From Nitrososphaera viennensis EN76 (GTDB lineage: Archaea > Thermoproteota > Nitrososphaeria > Nitrososphaerales > Nitrososphaeraceae): a stretch of 32,000 bases of DNA. A program made the position numbers and the translations under genes. This document shows, piece after piece, positions 8,802 through 16,246 of this stretch; within the stretch, counting starts at the first letter, position 1, and every line of letters begins with the position of its first letter. Below the pieces are notes generated by a model, which was not told the origin of the DNA, did no database searches, and saw only the letters and a program-made list of their open reading frames with translations. The DNA is taken from positions 2,190,001-2,222,000 of the forward strand of contig NZ_CP007536.1 of assembly GCF_000698785.1 (NCBI RefSeq). Reading direction: 5' to 3'.

Positions 8802-10102
8802 AGCACCAGCGTAATAAATGCATAGTATATCGCGATGTTTGCCGCAGTTATCACGCTCCCGACCTTGGCAAACTCGAAAAAGGAGAACGCGCGAACGCCC
8901 CTTGCCTCGGCCGCTTCAATGACTATTACGTTGCTTGCCGCGCCAAGTATCGTCAGGTTGCCGGCTATTGTGCTTGCCGCGGCAAGCATCAGCCACTGCG
9001 CCACGTGCCCGCTTCCAAACCCGCTTTCTGTCATGACAAAGTCGTACAGCGCGACAAAGGGGACGTTGCTGAGCACCTGGCTCAGCGAGAGGCTTGCAGC
9101 CGTTATCACGCCGAGGCTCTGCGCCTTGTCTGCCGGGCTCGGGTCCGGGAGCCACCCCGTGATTATCGCTATTGCGCCTGACTGCCACATTGCCGACGTG
9201 ACTACAAACATTGCCGCAAAGAACACGAGCACGGAATAGTCCACCTTTTTCAGGATCTGCGTGCGCTCTGAAGAAAGCGCGTACAGCGCCGCCGCGCCGA
9301 GCATCGCCACTATGCTCAGGCCAAAGTCTGCCACCCTGAGCACGTGCAGGAACTCTGATATGACAAACCCTGCGAGCGTGGCAATGGTTATGTAGATGGC
9401 AAGCCTTGCCTGCCGGTGGTTGTAGTAGACGCCGCCGTCCTCCTCCTCCCCTTCTTCTTCTGCAACAACTTCTGCCGGGGCGCGCTCCAGCGCCTCTGGA
9501 AGCTCCTTTCTGAAATACGCCCTCAGTATCAGGTACGTGACAAACAGGTTTGCCATCGTCGGCACGCTCAGGTAGAGAAGGAACGTGACGAACGGAAACT
9601 GCATGCCGCTGTCAATGGCTATCAGCAGGTTCTGGGGGTTGCCTATGGGGGTCATGACGCTCCCGACCGTTATCCCAAACGCAAGCGCAAGCAGCAATAT
9701 GGCGGGCTTGATCCTTGCGTGCCTTGCCACGTGGACGGCAAGCGGTATGCCGAGGAGCGCAATCGTGTCGTTCACCAGAAAAGCCGCAAGCGCTCCCATG
9801 CCTATCACAAAAATCATCAGGAGCTGCGCCGGCGTCCTTGCGCGTGCAAGCATCCTGACTGCTATCATCTTTAGCACGCCTGCCCTCTCGAGGGCCGAGA
9901 CGATGCTGAACATGCCAAAGAGAAACGCAATGACTTCAAGGTTCACCGCCCTGAACGCGTCGGAAATGCCAGTCACCTGCAGGCCGACCATCAGCGCCGC
10001 GCCGATGAGCATCGCGGCCCATATCGGGACTTTGAACCTGCGCCGGCCGATTATGAGGACGTACACCAGCGCAAACACGCCAAGGGCGACGTATTCCTGC
10101 AC
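8798..10102 (-). CDS. Anion/ion permease of the ArsB/NhaD-CitMHS (YbiR-like) superfamily
   Basis: About 10-12 TM segments, with motif SVMTPIGNPQNLLIA and a central acidic loop EEEGEEEDGG. The ORF extends to 10219, which would overlap the divergent gene. The GTG at 10102 (VQEYVALGVF) gives a family-like N-terminus; the start is uncertain. Confidence 0.8.
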   Translation of the reverse strand: MQEYVALGVFALVYVLIIGRRRFKVPIWAAMLIGAALMVGLQVTGISDAFRAVNLEVIAFLFGMFSIVSALERAGVLKMIAVRMLARARTPAQLLMIFVIGMGALAAFLVNDTIALLGIPLAVHVARHARIKPAILLLALAFGITVGSVMTPIGNPQNLLIAIDSGMQFPFVTFLLYLSVPTMANLFVTYLILRAYFRKELPEALERAPAEVVAEEEGEEEDGGVYYNHRQARLAIYITIATLAGFVISEFLHVLRVADFGLSIVAMLGAAALYALSSERTQILKKVDYSVLVFFAAMFVVTSAMWQSGAIAIITGWLPDPSPADKAQSLGVITAASLSLSQVLSNVPFVALYDFVMTESGFGSGHVAQWLMLAAASTIAGNLTILGAASNVIVIEAAEARGVRAFSFFEFAKVGSVITAANIAIYYAFITLVL

Positions 10103-10201
10103 AGCGATGGGGTAAAAGGGCGTGTGGCTATAACCTTTGCTTGCCGGGCAAGCAGCGTTGCGTAAATACAAGTTTTGCACTATATAGTAACTGATTACGA
10201 T

Positions 10202-10552
10202 ATGAGTCAGCAACAACATTTGCCAGAGAGTCTGTGGGATCTAAAGGAAACTGCAAAGTGGGCTCGCAACCCTGGGGAGAAAAAGGCCGCCATAAAGACC
10301 CTGTCAGCCCGTGGCGAGGAGGCGCTTCCGTTGCTTGAAGAGATACTTGCCATAACGGCCTACGACGACATCAGGGCGGTGGCGATGGAGGCCATAAGAT
10401 CAGTCCGGGAAAAAGAAAACCCTGCTGAAAAAGAAAAAAGCAGCGGCACGGCTGAAAAATCCAAGGCCGACGCAAAGAAAGACACCGCTGCCGGTGCCTC
10501 CGCGGCTGAAAAATCCAAGGGCAGCAGCAAGCTGGCGGATCTTCCGCCTTAA
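10202..10552 (+). CDS. Small HEAT/PBS-lyase-like repeat protein with Lys/Ala/Glu-rich tail
   Basis: The N-terminal part is AAIKTLSARGEEALPLLEEILAITAYDDIRAVAMEAI. The tail is low-complexity with AEKSK repeated, matching a 17-nt DNA repeat at about 10451 and 10503. Confidence 0.5.
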   Translation: MSQQQHLPESLWDLKETAKWARNPGEKKAAIKTLSARGEEALPLLEEILAITAYDDIRAVAMEAIRSVREKENPAEKEKSSGTAEKSKADAKKDTAAGASAAEKSKGSSKLADLPP

Positions 10553-10559
10553 TTTTTTT

Positions 10560-10808
10560 CTACAATCCCCTTGCCTTCAGCTCCTTGCGGAGCTGCCTCC
10601 TTGCCTGCTCGGCTGCACTGTTGAACGCCTTCATGTACGCGTCCTTGCGCTCGGGGCGCGCCACTGCCATGCCAAGCGCAATCTCGCCTGCGGTCGATAT
10701 CAGGCCTGCTATTGCCACGCCTGCCGGCGCCTGCCTTGCCTCTATCAGGCCGTGGAGGCTGTCTACGAGCTCTGCAATGTTACTGTTGTTTTGCGACGAC
10801 GACATCAT
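10560..10808 (-). CDS. Hypothetical small protein
   Basis: 82-aa ORF with coding-like composition and no recognisable motif. Confidence 0.4.
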   Translation of the reverse strand: MMSSSQNNSNIAELVDSLHGLIEARQAPAGVAIAGLISTAGEIALGMAVARPERKDAYMKAFNSAAEQARRQLRKELKARGL

Positions 10809-10881
10809 ATCTGCTATATTGCTTGGCTGAAAGGGTTGCTTTACAGTTTTTCCTTCTTTCTTTCTTTCGCTCTATCTGTCT

Positions 10882-11100
10882 CTACATGAACCTGCCAAGT
10901 CCCTTGGTGAACAGCACAAACGTTGCCACCGAAGGGGGCACCAATCCCACCATGAAAAAGTTGAGCGCCTGGTCGCGGGGCAGGCCGGCGCTGTTGATAA
11001 AGACGATGACGCCAAAGAACGAGCCGAGGAGGGTCACTGCGAAAAACAGCGCGGCGCCTACCAGAAATACCAAAAGCTTCAGGTTCTCCCTGACGGTCAC
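10882..11100 (-). CDS. Hypothetical small membrane protein (2 TM)
   Basis: 72 aa, with LLVFLVGAALFFAVTLLGSFFGVIVFI and FFMVGLVPPSVATFVLF. Confidence 0.45.
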   Translation of the reverse strand: MTVRENLKLLVFLVGAALFFAVTLLGSFFGVIVFINSAGLPRDQALNFFMVGLVPPSVATFVLFTKGLGRFM

Positions 11101-11144
11101 GACATGCTTGCGTACGTCGCCCTATTAGAACTATCTCGCGGCGG

Positions 11145-11420
11145 TCAGGAGGAGCCGCACAGGTTGGTCTCGTTGCGAAGAGACGGCGGGACTTCTGCCA
11201 GACTCTTTGGCACAGGCTTGCAAGGTGGGAGCCCGTACTGCGCTCTGAGCTCGTCCTGCTGGGTGTTCATCACCCCGGTCGAAAAGGTCGGCCCGATGTG
11301 CCCAAACACCAGGTACATCGCTATGATGATGGCTATGGAAACTCCCATCACCAGTATGGTGACGGCCACAACCTTCATGTTCTTCTGGTATGCGTCCTGA
11401 CCTTCGTCCTTGTCATGCAT
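11145..11420 (-). CDS. Hypothetical small membrane protein (1 TM)
   Basis: 91 aa, with the TM segment VVAVTILVMGVSIAIIIAMYLVF. Confidence 0.45.
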   Translation of the reverse strand: MHDKDEGQDAYQKNMKVVAVTILVMGVSIAIIIAMYLVFGHIGPTFSTGVMNTQQDELRAQYGLPPCKPVPKSLAEVPPSLRNETNLCGSS

Positions 11421-11522
11421 ACTACAATATTAGAGGAAGGCATGATAGATAAGGCGTGACAAACAAGATTCACTAAGCAAGCTCCATGCCACGTAAATAT
11501 CATGGACGCGTGTACCTCCCTG

Positions 11523-12347
11523 ATGAACCCGAAGACCAAGGTATTTTCTGCAGCGGCTGCTGCTGTGCTTGTTTCGGCGCTTGTATTCGCCTCTTTTGCC
11601 GTGGCGAAAAGCTATGCGCAGGACGGCAACCAGACCGGCACAGCTACAGGCAACCAGACGACAACAACAACCCCTTCTCCCGCTGGTGGTAATCAGACTT
11701 CTGCCACCGGCAACCAGACCGGCTCGACCACCGGCAACCAGACAGGGACAGCCGCTGGGAATAATCAAACGGGCGTAACTACCGGCAACCAGACCGGCAC
11801 GGTCCCCGGAAATCAGACAGCAACGACAACAACGGTTGACAGGCTGACCGGCAGAATCGCAAGCATCCAGATTGAAGATGGCAAGCCTGCGTGGATACAG
11901 GCTGGAATCTGGCTATTGAGGACCAATGAAAATGGCGGCTCTGCAGCAACCGGCAATGAAACGGCGACGACTGGCAACGCAACATCTGCCACCGGCAACA
12001 ACGCAACGTCCGCGACAGGAGGTGGAGGCGGAGGCGGCGGCATAACCGCAGGCAACACGAACCTCTTCTTCATCGCCAGGTTCGAGATGGTCCAGCCCAA
12101 CGGGACTGCTGCGCACGAGCACAACGTGACTGACCTGAAGGCGTCCGACGTTACCCTTGAGAACAACACCCTCACCATCAACGGCACGGCCACCGTTACC
12201 CTGAAGGGCGGACCTGTGGAGGATGTCCCTGTGACCATCAGGATACTGGACAACACGGTGCTTGCATTGACGATAGGCCCTGACAAGGTAGACAACCACT
12301 TTGGAGCCGATCCGATATACGGCACCGTTGCAACGGGGCGCAGGTAG
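11523..12347 (+). CDS. Secreted protein with tandem GNQT N-glycosylation sequon repeats and a Gly8 linker
   Basis: The signal peptide is MNPKTKVFSAAAAAVLVSALVFASFAVAKSYA. It is followed by 8 NQT sequons, then NET/NAT/NAT, GGGGGGGG, and a folded-looking C-terminal domain with 4 more N-x-T sites. Confidence 0.65.
   Translation: MNPKTKVFSAAAAAVLVSALVFASFAVAKSYAQDGNQTGTATGNQTTTTTPSPAGGNQTSATGNQTGSTTGNQTGTAAGNNQTGVTTGNQTGTVPGNQTATTTTVDRLTGRIASIQIEDGKPAWIQAGIWLLRTNENGGSAATGNETATTGNATSATGNNATSATGGGGGGGGITAGNTNLFFIARFEMVQPNGTAAHEHNVTDLKASDVTLENNTLTINGTATVTLKGGPVEDVPVTIRILDNTVLALTIGPDKVDNHFGADPIYGTVATGRR
11625..11834 (+). repeat. Imperfect tandem repeats encoding (T/G)GNQT(G/T)
   Basis: Units like accggcaaccagaccggc recur 8 times, with spacers of varying length. 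Confidence 0.7.
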
Positions 12348-12422
12348 TGGGGCGTGCCCCTTCTCCCACTTTTTTGCAAAAAGCATTAACAAGGCCGCAC
12401 TCCAAGACAAAGAAGACGACGC

Positions 12423-12656
12423 ATGCACAAATCGCTGGTTATCGCCGGGATAATCCTGGTAGTCGCTTCCAAGGTCCTGATCCTGAAATCTCTGTTTGAC
12501 CAGGGCGCGTACGAGCGCTGCATCGAAAACAATGCTGCTGCCCTGTGCGCCCAGGCGCCATTTCCGTTCTTTATCTATGGCTGGATAATTACGGCTGCCG
12601 GCGCCGCCGTCCTGATCTACGGCCTCAGGTACGTGCCGCTAAAAGACCTGAGATGA
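12423..12656 (+). CDS. Hypothetical small membrane protein (2 TM)
   Basis: 77 aa, with LVIAGIILVVASKVLIL and FFIYGWIITAAGAAVLIYGL. Confidence 0.45.
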   Translation: MHKSLVIAGIILVVASKVLILKSLFDQGAYERCIENNAAALCAQAPFPFFIYGWIITAAGAAVLIYGLRYVPLKDLR

Positions 12657-12717
12657 CGGCAATGCAGATAACCTGTGTGCATTGTCGTGCCGCAAAACAT
12701 CATTTGGCACGTGCAAG

Positions 12718-12728
12718 TTAGGTATAAT
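12718..12728 (+). promoter_or_regulatory. Promoter-like element TTAGGTATAAT (copy 1, no credible ORF downstream)
   Basis: This 11-mer is identical to 12934..12944. It contains a TATA-like GTATAAT. Confidence 0.35.
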
Positions 12729-12769
12729 GCTATTATTATAAAGAGTGAATTGTAACATTGAGTCAAGCA

Positions 12770-12828
12770 GAGGGGCGCAGGTTAATTCAGGTGGATTTCT
12801 CCCAAGTTCCCTCACCTGCGGCCCCCTC
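12770..12828 (+). other. Strong hairpin (13 bp stem with 2-nt bulge, 31-nt loop); candidate structured RNA element
   Basis: GAGGGGCGCAGGT (12770-12782) pairs with ACCTGCGGCCCCCTC (12814-12828) as 6+7 bp. It lies about 45 nt downstream of promoter-like copy 1. Confidence 0.3.
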
Positions 12829-12933
12829 CATCTCTATGTGTATGTGTATATGTTCTTCCCGCCACATCGCCGTCTGCACATGCAATATCTCCGGAGGTCG
12901 CCTCTGGGACATTTTGCTAAAGCTCCTGCGCAA

Positions 12934-12944
12934 TTAGGTATAAT
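12934..12944 (+). promoter_or_regulatory. Promoter-like element TTAGGTATAAT (copy 2, upstream of the 13017 gene)
   Basis: This 11-mer is identical to copy 1. It lies about 60-75 nt upstream of the TTG at 13005 and the ATG at 13017. Confidence 0.35.
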
Positions 12945-13016
12945 CTCCCAACATCTCTTGGCCTAGTGGGCGACTCGGTAAAATAACTGCATGACGGATC
13001 AACATTGTTATATTTG

Positions 13017-13265
13017 ATGGAACAGGACGAGTTGATTGGCGGATCATCGTTGCGGGCCGGGCTTTCACGCTCACGCGACGTGCTGGGCGATGAAGTGATG
13101 CAGGTTATCTTCCGCTACCTTGAGCGAAGCGGCTTTCGATTTTCAAGCGACACAAAATACCCTGTGTCACGGGTCAGCATGGCGATCCGCGATGTCCTTG
13201 GCGACTATGGCACCGACATCATAATGAAAAACCTGATGCACGAAGTAGATAGTAGCAGCACCTAG
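13017..13265 (+). CDS. Small hypothetical protein, paralog family member A
   Basis: Residues DVLGDEVMQVIFRYLERSGFRFSSDTKYPVSRVSMAIRDVLGDYGTDIIMKNL align colinearly, with identical spacing, to the 30275..30532 product. Confidence 0.55.
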   Translation: MEQDELIGGSSLRAGLSRSRDVLGDEVMQVIFRYLERSGFRFSSDTKYPVSRVSMAIRDVLGDYGTDIIMKNLMHEVDSSST

Positions 13266-13621
13266 GCTGGCGCATTTTTGCATTCTTGTCGGTTGCCGGA
13301 TAATATACTGCTGCTATTGCACTTGCTTGCATTGTACACTGACTAGTTTTAGGCTGGCGCATGCAGCAAAACCTTGCCAAGTCAATAATATGGCGCGCTC
13401 CGCCGGACCATTTCCCAGAGATCCATGGCGCCGCCGGCGGAGCCGTGGTTTCGTACGGGTTCTGTCAAGTCGACGGTTGATGTTATTATGCTAAATGGCT
13501 GTTCTATGTATAATGCGGGACAGCCTGATTGTCCTCTAGTATAATGGCATCAACACCCATGACTTGACATAACCTTCGTACGTGGTGTTTAAAGGTCGGT
13601 ATTGCGATATGGCAAGTTGCT

Positions 13622-13876
13622 ATGGCTGTGAAACGCATCCCGCTTTCGAGAAAAGATGTCAAGCTGTTCCACGAAGCCAACGTCTTTGACAAGGTTTACA
13701 ACGGCGGCTATCCCACAGCCGCAGCGTTCTTTATCGGGTATGTCACTGGCAGGAATAAAGTGGCGCCCCTATCAATAGTCAAGGCAGAATCTGTAAGCAT
13801 CGAGTATGAAAAGGACGGCAGCCGCGGCTACCTGAAAATATCCGGAAAAGGAAAGGCAAGGCAGAGAAGGCGCTAA
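13622..13876 (+). CDS. Hypothetical protein with basic C-terminus
   Basis: 84-aa ORF with an ATG start. A GTATAAT-like box (agtataatgg, about 13539-13548) lies upstream. No recognisable family. Confidence 0.4.
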   Translation: MAVKRIPLSRKDVKLFHEANVFDKVYNGGYPTAAAFFIGYVTGRNKVAPLSIVKAESVSIEYEKDGSRGYLKISGKGKARQRRR

Positions 13877-13964
13877 TCACTGGGCCGGATCTTGGCGCGT
13901 GCTTTTGAAAAGTAATTATCGTGCAACAACAACGACGAATGAATCCTGTAGCTGCTTCCATTAA

Positions 13965-14578
13965 ATGGTAGACTTCCTCTATTCACCAGAGCATTTTCTC
14001 CCGGATCTAGTCAGGTCCACTATTACGCTGCTCGTAGTTATCGACCCCGTCGGGATCGTGCCCATCTTCATGTCGCTGACCCGGAAAATGGAAAGTGCCG
14101 GGAGGGCCGAGGTTTCCAAGACGGTCGTAATCACGGCCGCGGGCCTGCTCTTTGTCTTTGCGCTTGCCGGCACCCAGATCTTTGGCATATTTGGCATCTC
14201 GATTTCCAGCTTCATGGTCGCCGGCGGCGTGCTCCTGTTCATCGTGGCAATAGAGCTTTTGACCGGGGGTGGAGGTTCATCGGCTCGGATACGGCCGGAG
14301 ACACCGGGGTGGTGCCGCTTGCCTTTCCCCTGCTTGCCGGGCCCGGCGCCATAACTGCCGTCATAATCTCGCTTGAAACAATGGGTCTGGTGACGACCGT
14401 GCTTTCAATCGTGCTTGCAATAGCCGCGACCTACGTGACGCTGCGGTATTCTGACAGGATATATAGGATCCTTGGCAGAAGGGGCTCTTTGATAGTCACG
14501 CGGGTTTTCGCAGTGTTTGTCGCGGCCATTGCCGTGCAGTACGTCGTGGAAGGCGTCAAGGTGCTCTTTGCATTATGA
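13965..14578 (+). pseudogene. MarC/UPF0056 family membrane protein, split by a frameshift at a G5 run
   Basis: ORFs 13965..14354 and 14309..14578 are the two halves. Frame 2 read upstream of 14309 gives WRFIGSDTAGDTGVVPLAFPLLAGPGAIT, which continues the family sequence directly after ..LLFIVAIELLTGG. The frames switch at the G run 14265-14269. Confidence 0.75.
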
Positions 14579-14925
14579 CATGACATGATATGGTGCGATG
14601 GGCACTCCCTGCTACCGGTACATATAGTTCAACCGTCTTGTGGGTTACTATGGCACGTGGCAAATACGCCCTGCAAGTCCATTGACAGCTCAGGGATCGA
14701 CACCCCTCCCCCGTTGTTGAGGATATAAGCGCGAAATGCGTCAGTGATATTGGGAGCAGGTCGCAAAAAAAGTAGCCGGTAGCGCTTGCGGCGAAATTGC
14801 CTCTGGACCTGGGTTCAAAGAGGGGTGGCCTGCTCTGCAAAGAAATCATGTTTCAAGCTAGTTGCGGTTTTACAAACTACAAAAACTATAGAAAATCATT
14901 TTTATGATGAGTCTCTAAACTATAT

Positions 14926-15096
14926 GTGACAGCGATAGAAAAACCTGAAAAGCTGAATGAAAGGAAAAAACACTATCAAATTATTGACGATGACATGCTC
15001 ATCCGCCTGAAGGAATACTACAAGCTCGAAGATCACGGCGAATTGCTAAAGTTTGTAAAAGAGCATTGCATGAAAGGCGATATTATTTTGGAGTAA
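14926..15096 (+). CDS. Possible 56-aa ribbon-helix-helix-like protein (below the ORF-track size cutoff)
   Basis: The GTG start at 14926 is my own translation: TAIEKPEKLNERKKHYQIIDDDMLIRLKEYYKLEDHGELLKFVKEHCMKGDIILE. It has a strand-helix-turn-helix-like pattern. A TTTTTAT box lies about 26 nt upstream. This call is weak. Confidence 0.25.
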   Translation: MTAIEKPEKLNERKKHYQIIDDDMLIRLKEYYKLEDHGELLKFVKEHCMKGDIILE

Positions 15097-15174
15097 AAAG
15101 AAGAAGTAAGTGGCTCCAAAAGCCAGAGTGAGTGGGATCCTGCTTGTGGTAGCAGGTTTTATTGTTGTTGTCAT

Positions 15175-15531
15175 TCATGCTTTTGAATATACTATGCTAC
15201 TGCTGCTGTTTTCATCAGGGGGAAGTCCCGCCTGTAATTTGTTGCACACAAAAGCCAGAACTCTTTCACCAATTTCGCCCAGTATCGCGATGAACGCGCG
15301 TTCAAAAAGGTCTGGTCTTTGCATTATGGCCGTGCGCACGTCCATTTCGCCGCCCAGGTGATCCTTGACTATTGTTGCAGCCAGTGCATCAAAAACACGA
15401 GCACCAAAGATCGCCTGCAAGTCCGCCAAGATTGCGTCCGCTGTTTTTTCAGAATCTACGATGGCCCCGAGCACCATTCGACCATAACGCCATGGAACTA
15501 TGATGTAAACATACCCCTCATATATCGTCAC
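15175..15531 (-). CDS. Small hypothetical protein, divergent member (B) of the paralog family
   Basis: Residues AIFGARVFDALAATIVKDHLGGEMDVRTAIMQRPDLFERAFIAILGEIGERVLAFV share the xLG..V...(about 40 aa)..LG..G pattern with A and C. An alternative start is the ATG at 15477. Confidence 0.5.
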   Translation of the reverse strand: MTIYEGYVYIIVPWRYGRMVLGAIVDSEKTADAILADLQAIFGARVFDALAATIVKDHLGGEMDVRTAIMQRPDLFERAFIAILGEIGERVLAFVCNKLQAGLPPDENSSSSIVYSKA

Positions 15532-15867
15532 TTGACGTATTTCTAGAAGCTAGCTCCATGAAATGTAATTTGCTTCTTGATGAAAGTTCAACAAGTCATA
15601 AAATAGTGTGTATTACAATATTCTTCCATTGTCTTTGCATGAGGGCATATGCTCCTTCGATGACAAAATTTCGGTGCAAAAGATTTGACGCGCGACATGT
15701 TCTACGAACGCCTTGGGTCTTTTGGAGTAAACGTCGCTCTCATAAAAAAGCTCAACTTTACGGATGAGGAGCTTGCGGCCTTTGAGGACAGGCTGACAAA
15801 ACTCATGGAGAACCGCCGTTAAGAAGCAAGTCCGAATCCTGAATCTGTGTATATCGCGGCAACTCTT

Positions 15868-16188
15868 TTACCTGAAGTTCCTGACCGTATCGTGGAAGTA
15901 TTTCTCCACTTCTACGAGCCTGTCCATCGAGCCGTCGTTTGCCCTGACCTTGGAAAATGACGTGTCGTGGCGCACCTTGCGCAGAAACGATACGACCTGC
16001 TCGTTGGTGACACCGTGCTTGATGTCATAGTCTATCTGCCTGCATATGCTTGAAAAGCTGACGTACCTCTTGTGGTTCTTCCTCTCCCATGCAGAAGCAT
16101 CGGGAGCAAGCCCGCCCACGTACTTGACCACTGTTTTTTCCATATGCTTGACGTGCCAGTCCTTCATAGGAAAACTATTCTGGACCAA
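15868..16188 (-). CDS. Hypothetical protein
   Basis: 106-aa ORF with no recognisable motif. It would overlap the track's long version of the PHP ORF, but not my chosen PHP start. Confidence 0.4.
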   Translation of the reverse strand: MVQNSFPMKDWHVKHMEKTVVKYVGGLAPDASAWERKNHKRYVSFSSICRQIDYDIKHGVTNEQVVSFLRKVRHDTSFSKVRANDGSMDRLVEVEKYFHDTVRNFR

Positions 16189-16246
16189 AATAAATCATGA
16201 TTTATTGTGGCGCACGCCATATAATCTGAATGGATGGCGCCTCCCT

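Noticed and set aside
11813-12379. 188-aa and 171-aa minus-strand ORFs across the glycoprotein gene.
   Set aside because: They are antisense to the ORF carrying a signal peptide and sequon repeats. The poly-Pro stretch merely mirrors the Gly8-encoding run.
12745-12966. 73-aa ORF in the AT-rich spacer.
   Set aside because: The product (…LHLYVYVYMFFPPHRRLHMQYLRR…) is implausible. It spans a hairpin and microrepeat and reads through the next gene's promoter-like box. I treated the region as a candidate ncRNA instead.
13263-13362. 13-bp direct repeat TAGGCTGGCGCAT at 13263 and 13350.
   Set aside because: It is short, has only two copies, and the first overlaps a stop codon. There is no associated structure or ORF, so it may be chance.
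14805-14830. GGGTTCAAAG resembles a tRNA T-loop (GGTTCAAAT).
   Set aside because: The flanking bases do not form a T-stem on either strand, and no acceptor, D or anticodon arms can be drawn around it.
14904-14957. ATGATGA (C-box-like) and a CTGA (D-box-like) about 50 nt apart, with TCAT/ATGA flanks, suggested a C/D box sRNA.
   Set aside because: No convincing internal D' and C' boxes are present, the 5' stem is separated from the C box by TTTT, and the interval overlaps the possible small RHH-like ORF and its TATA region. It cannot be decided without expression data or a snoscan-type search.
15110-15361. 83-aa plus-strand ORF with a hydrophobic N-terminus.
   Set aside because: It largely overlaps, in antisense, the 15175..15531 ORF, which has paralogs elsewhere in the window. 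The plus-strand product has no support.
15685-15822. Short plus-strand ORF (…MFYERLGSFGVNVALIKKLNFTDEELAAFEDRLTKLMENRR).
   Set aside because: It is only about 41-45 codons, with no recognisable motif and no clear promoter. I noted it but cannot support it as a gene.
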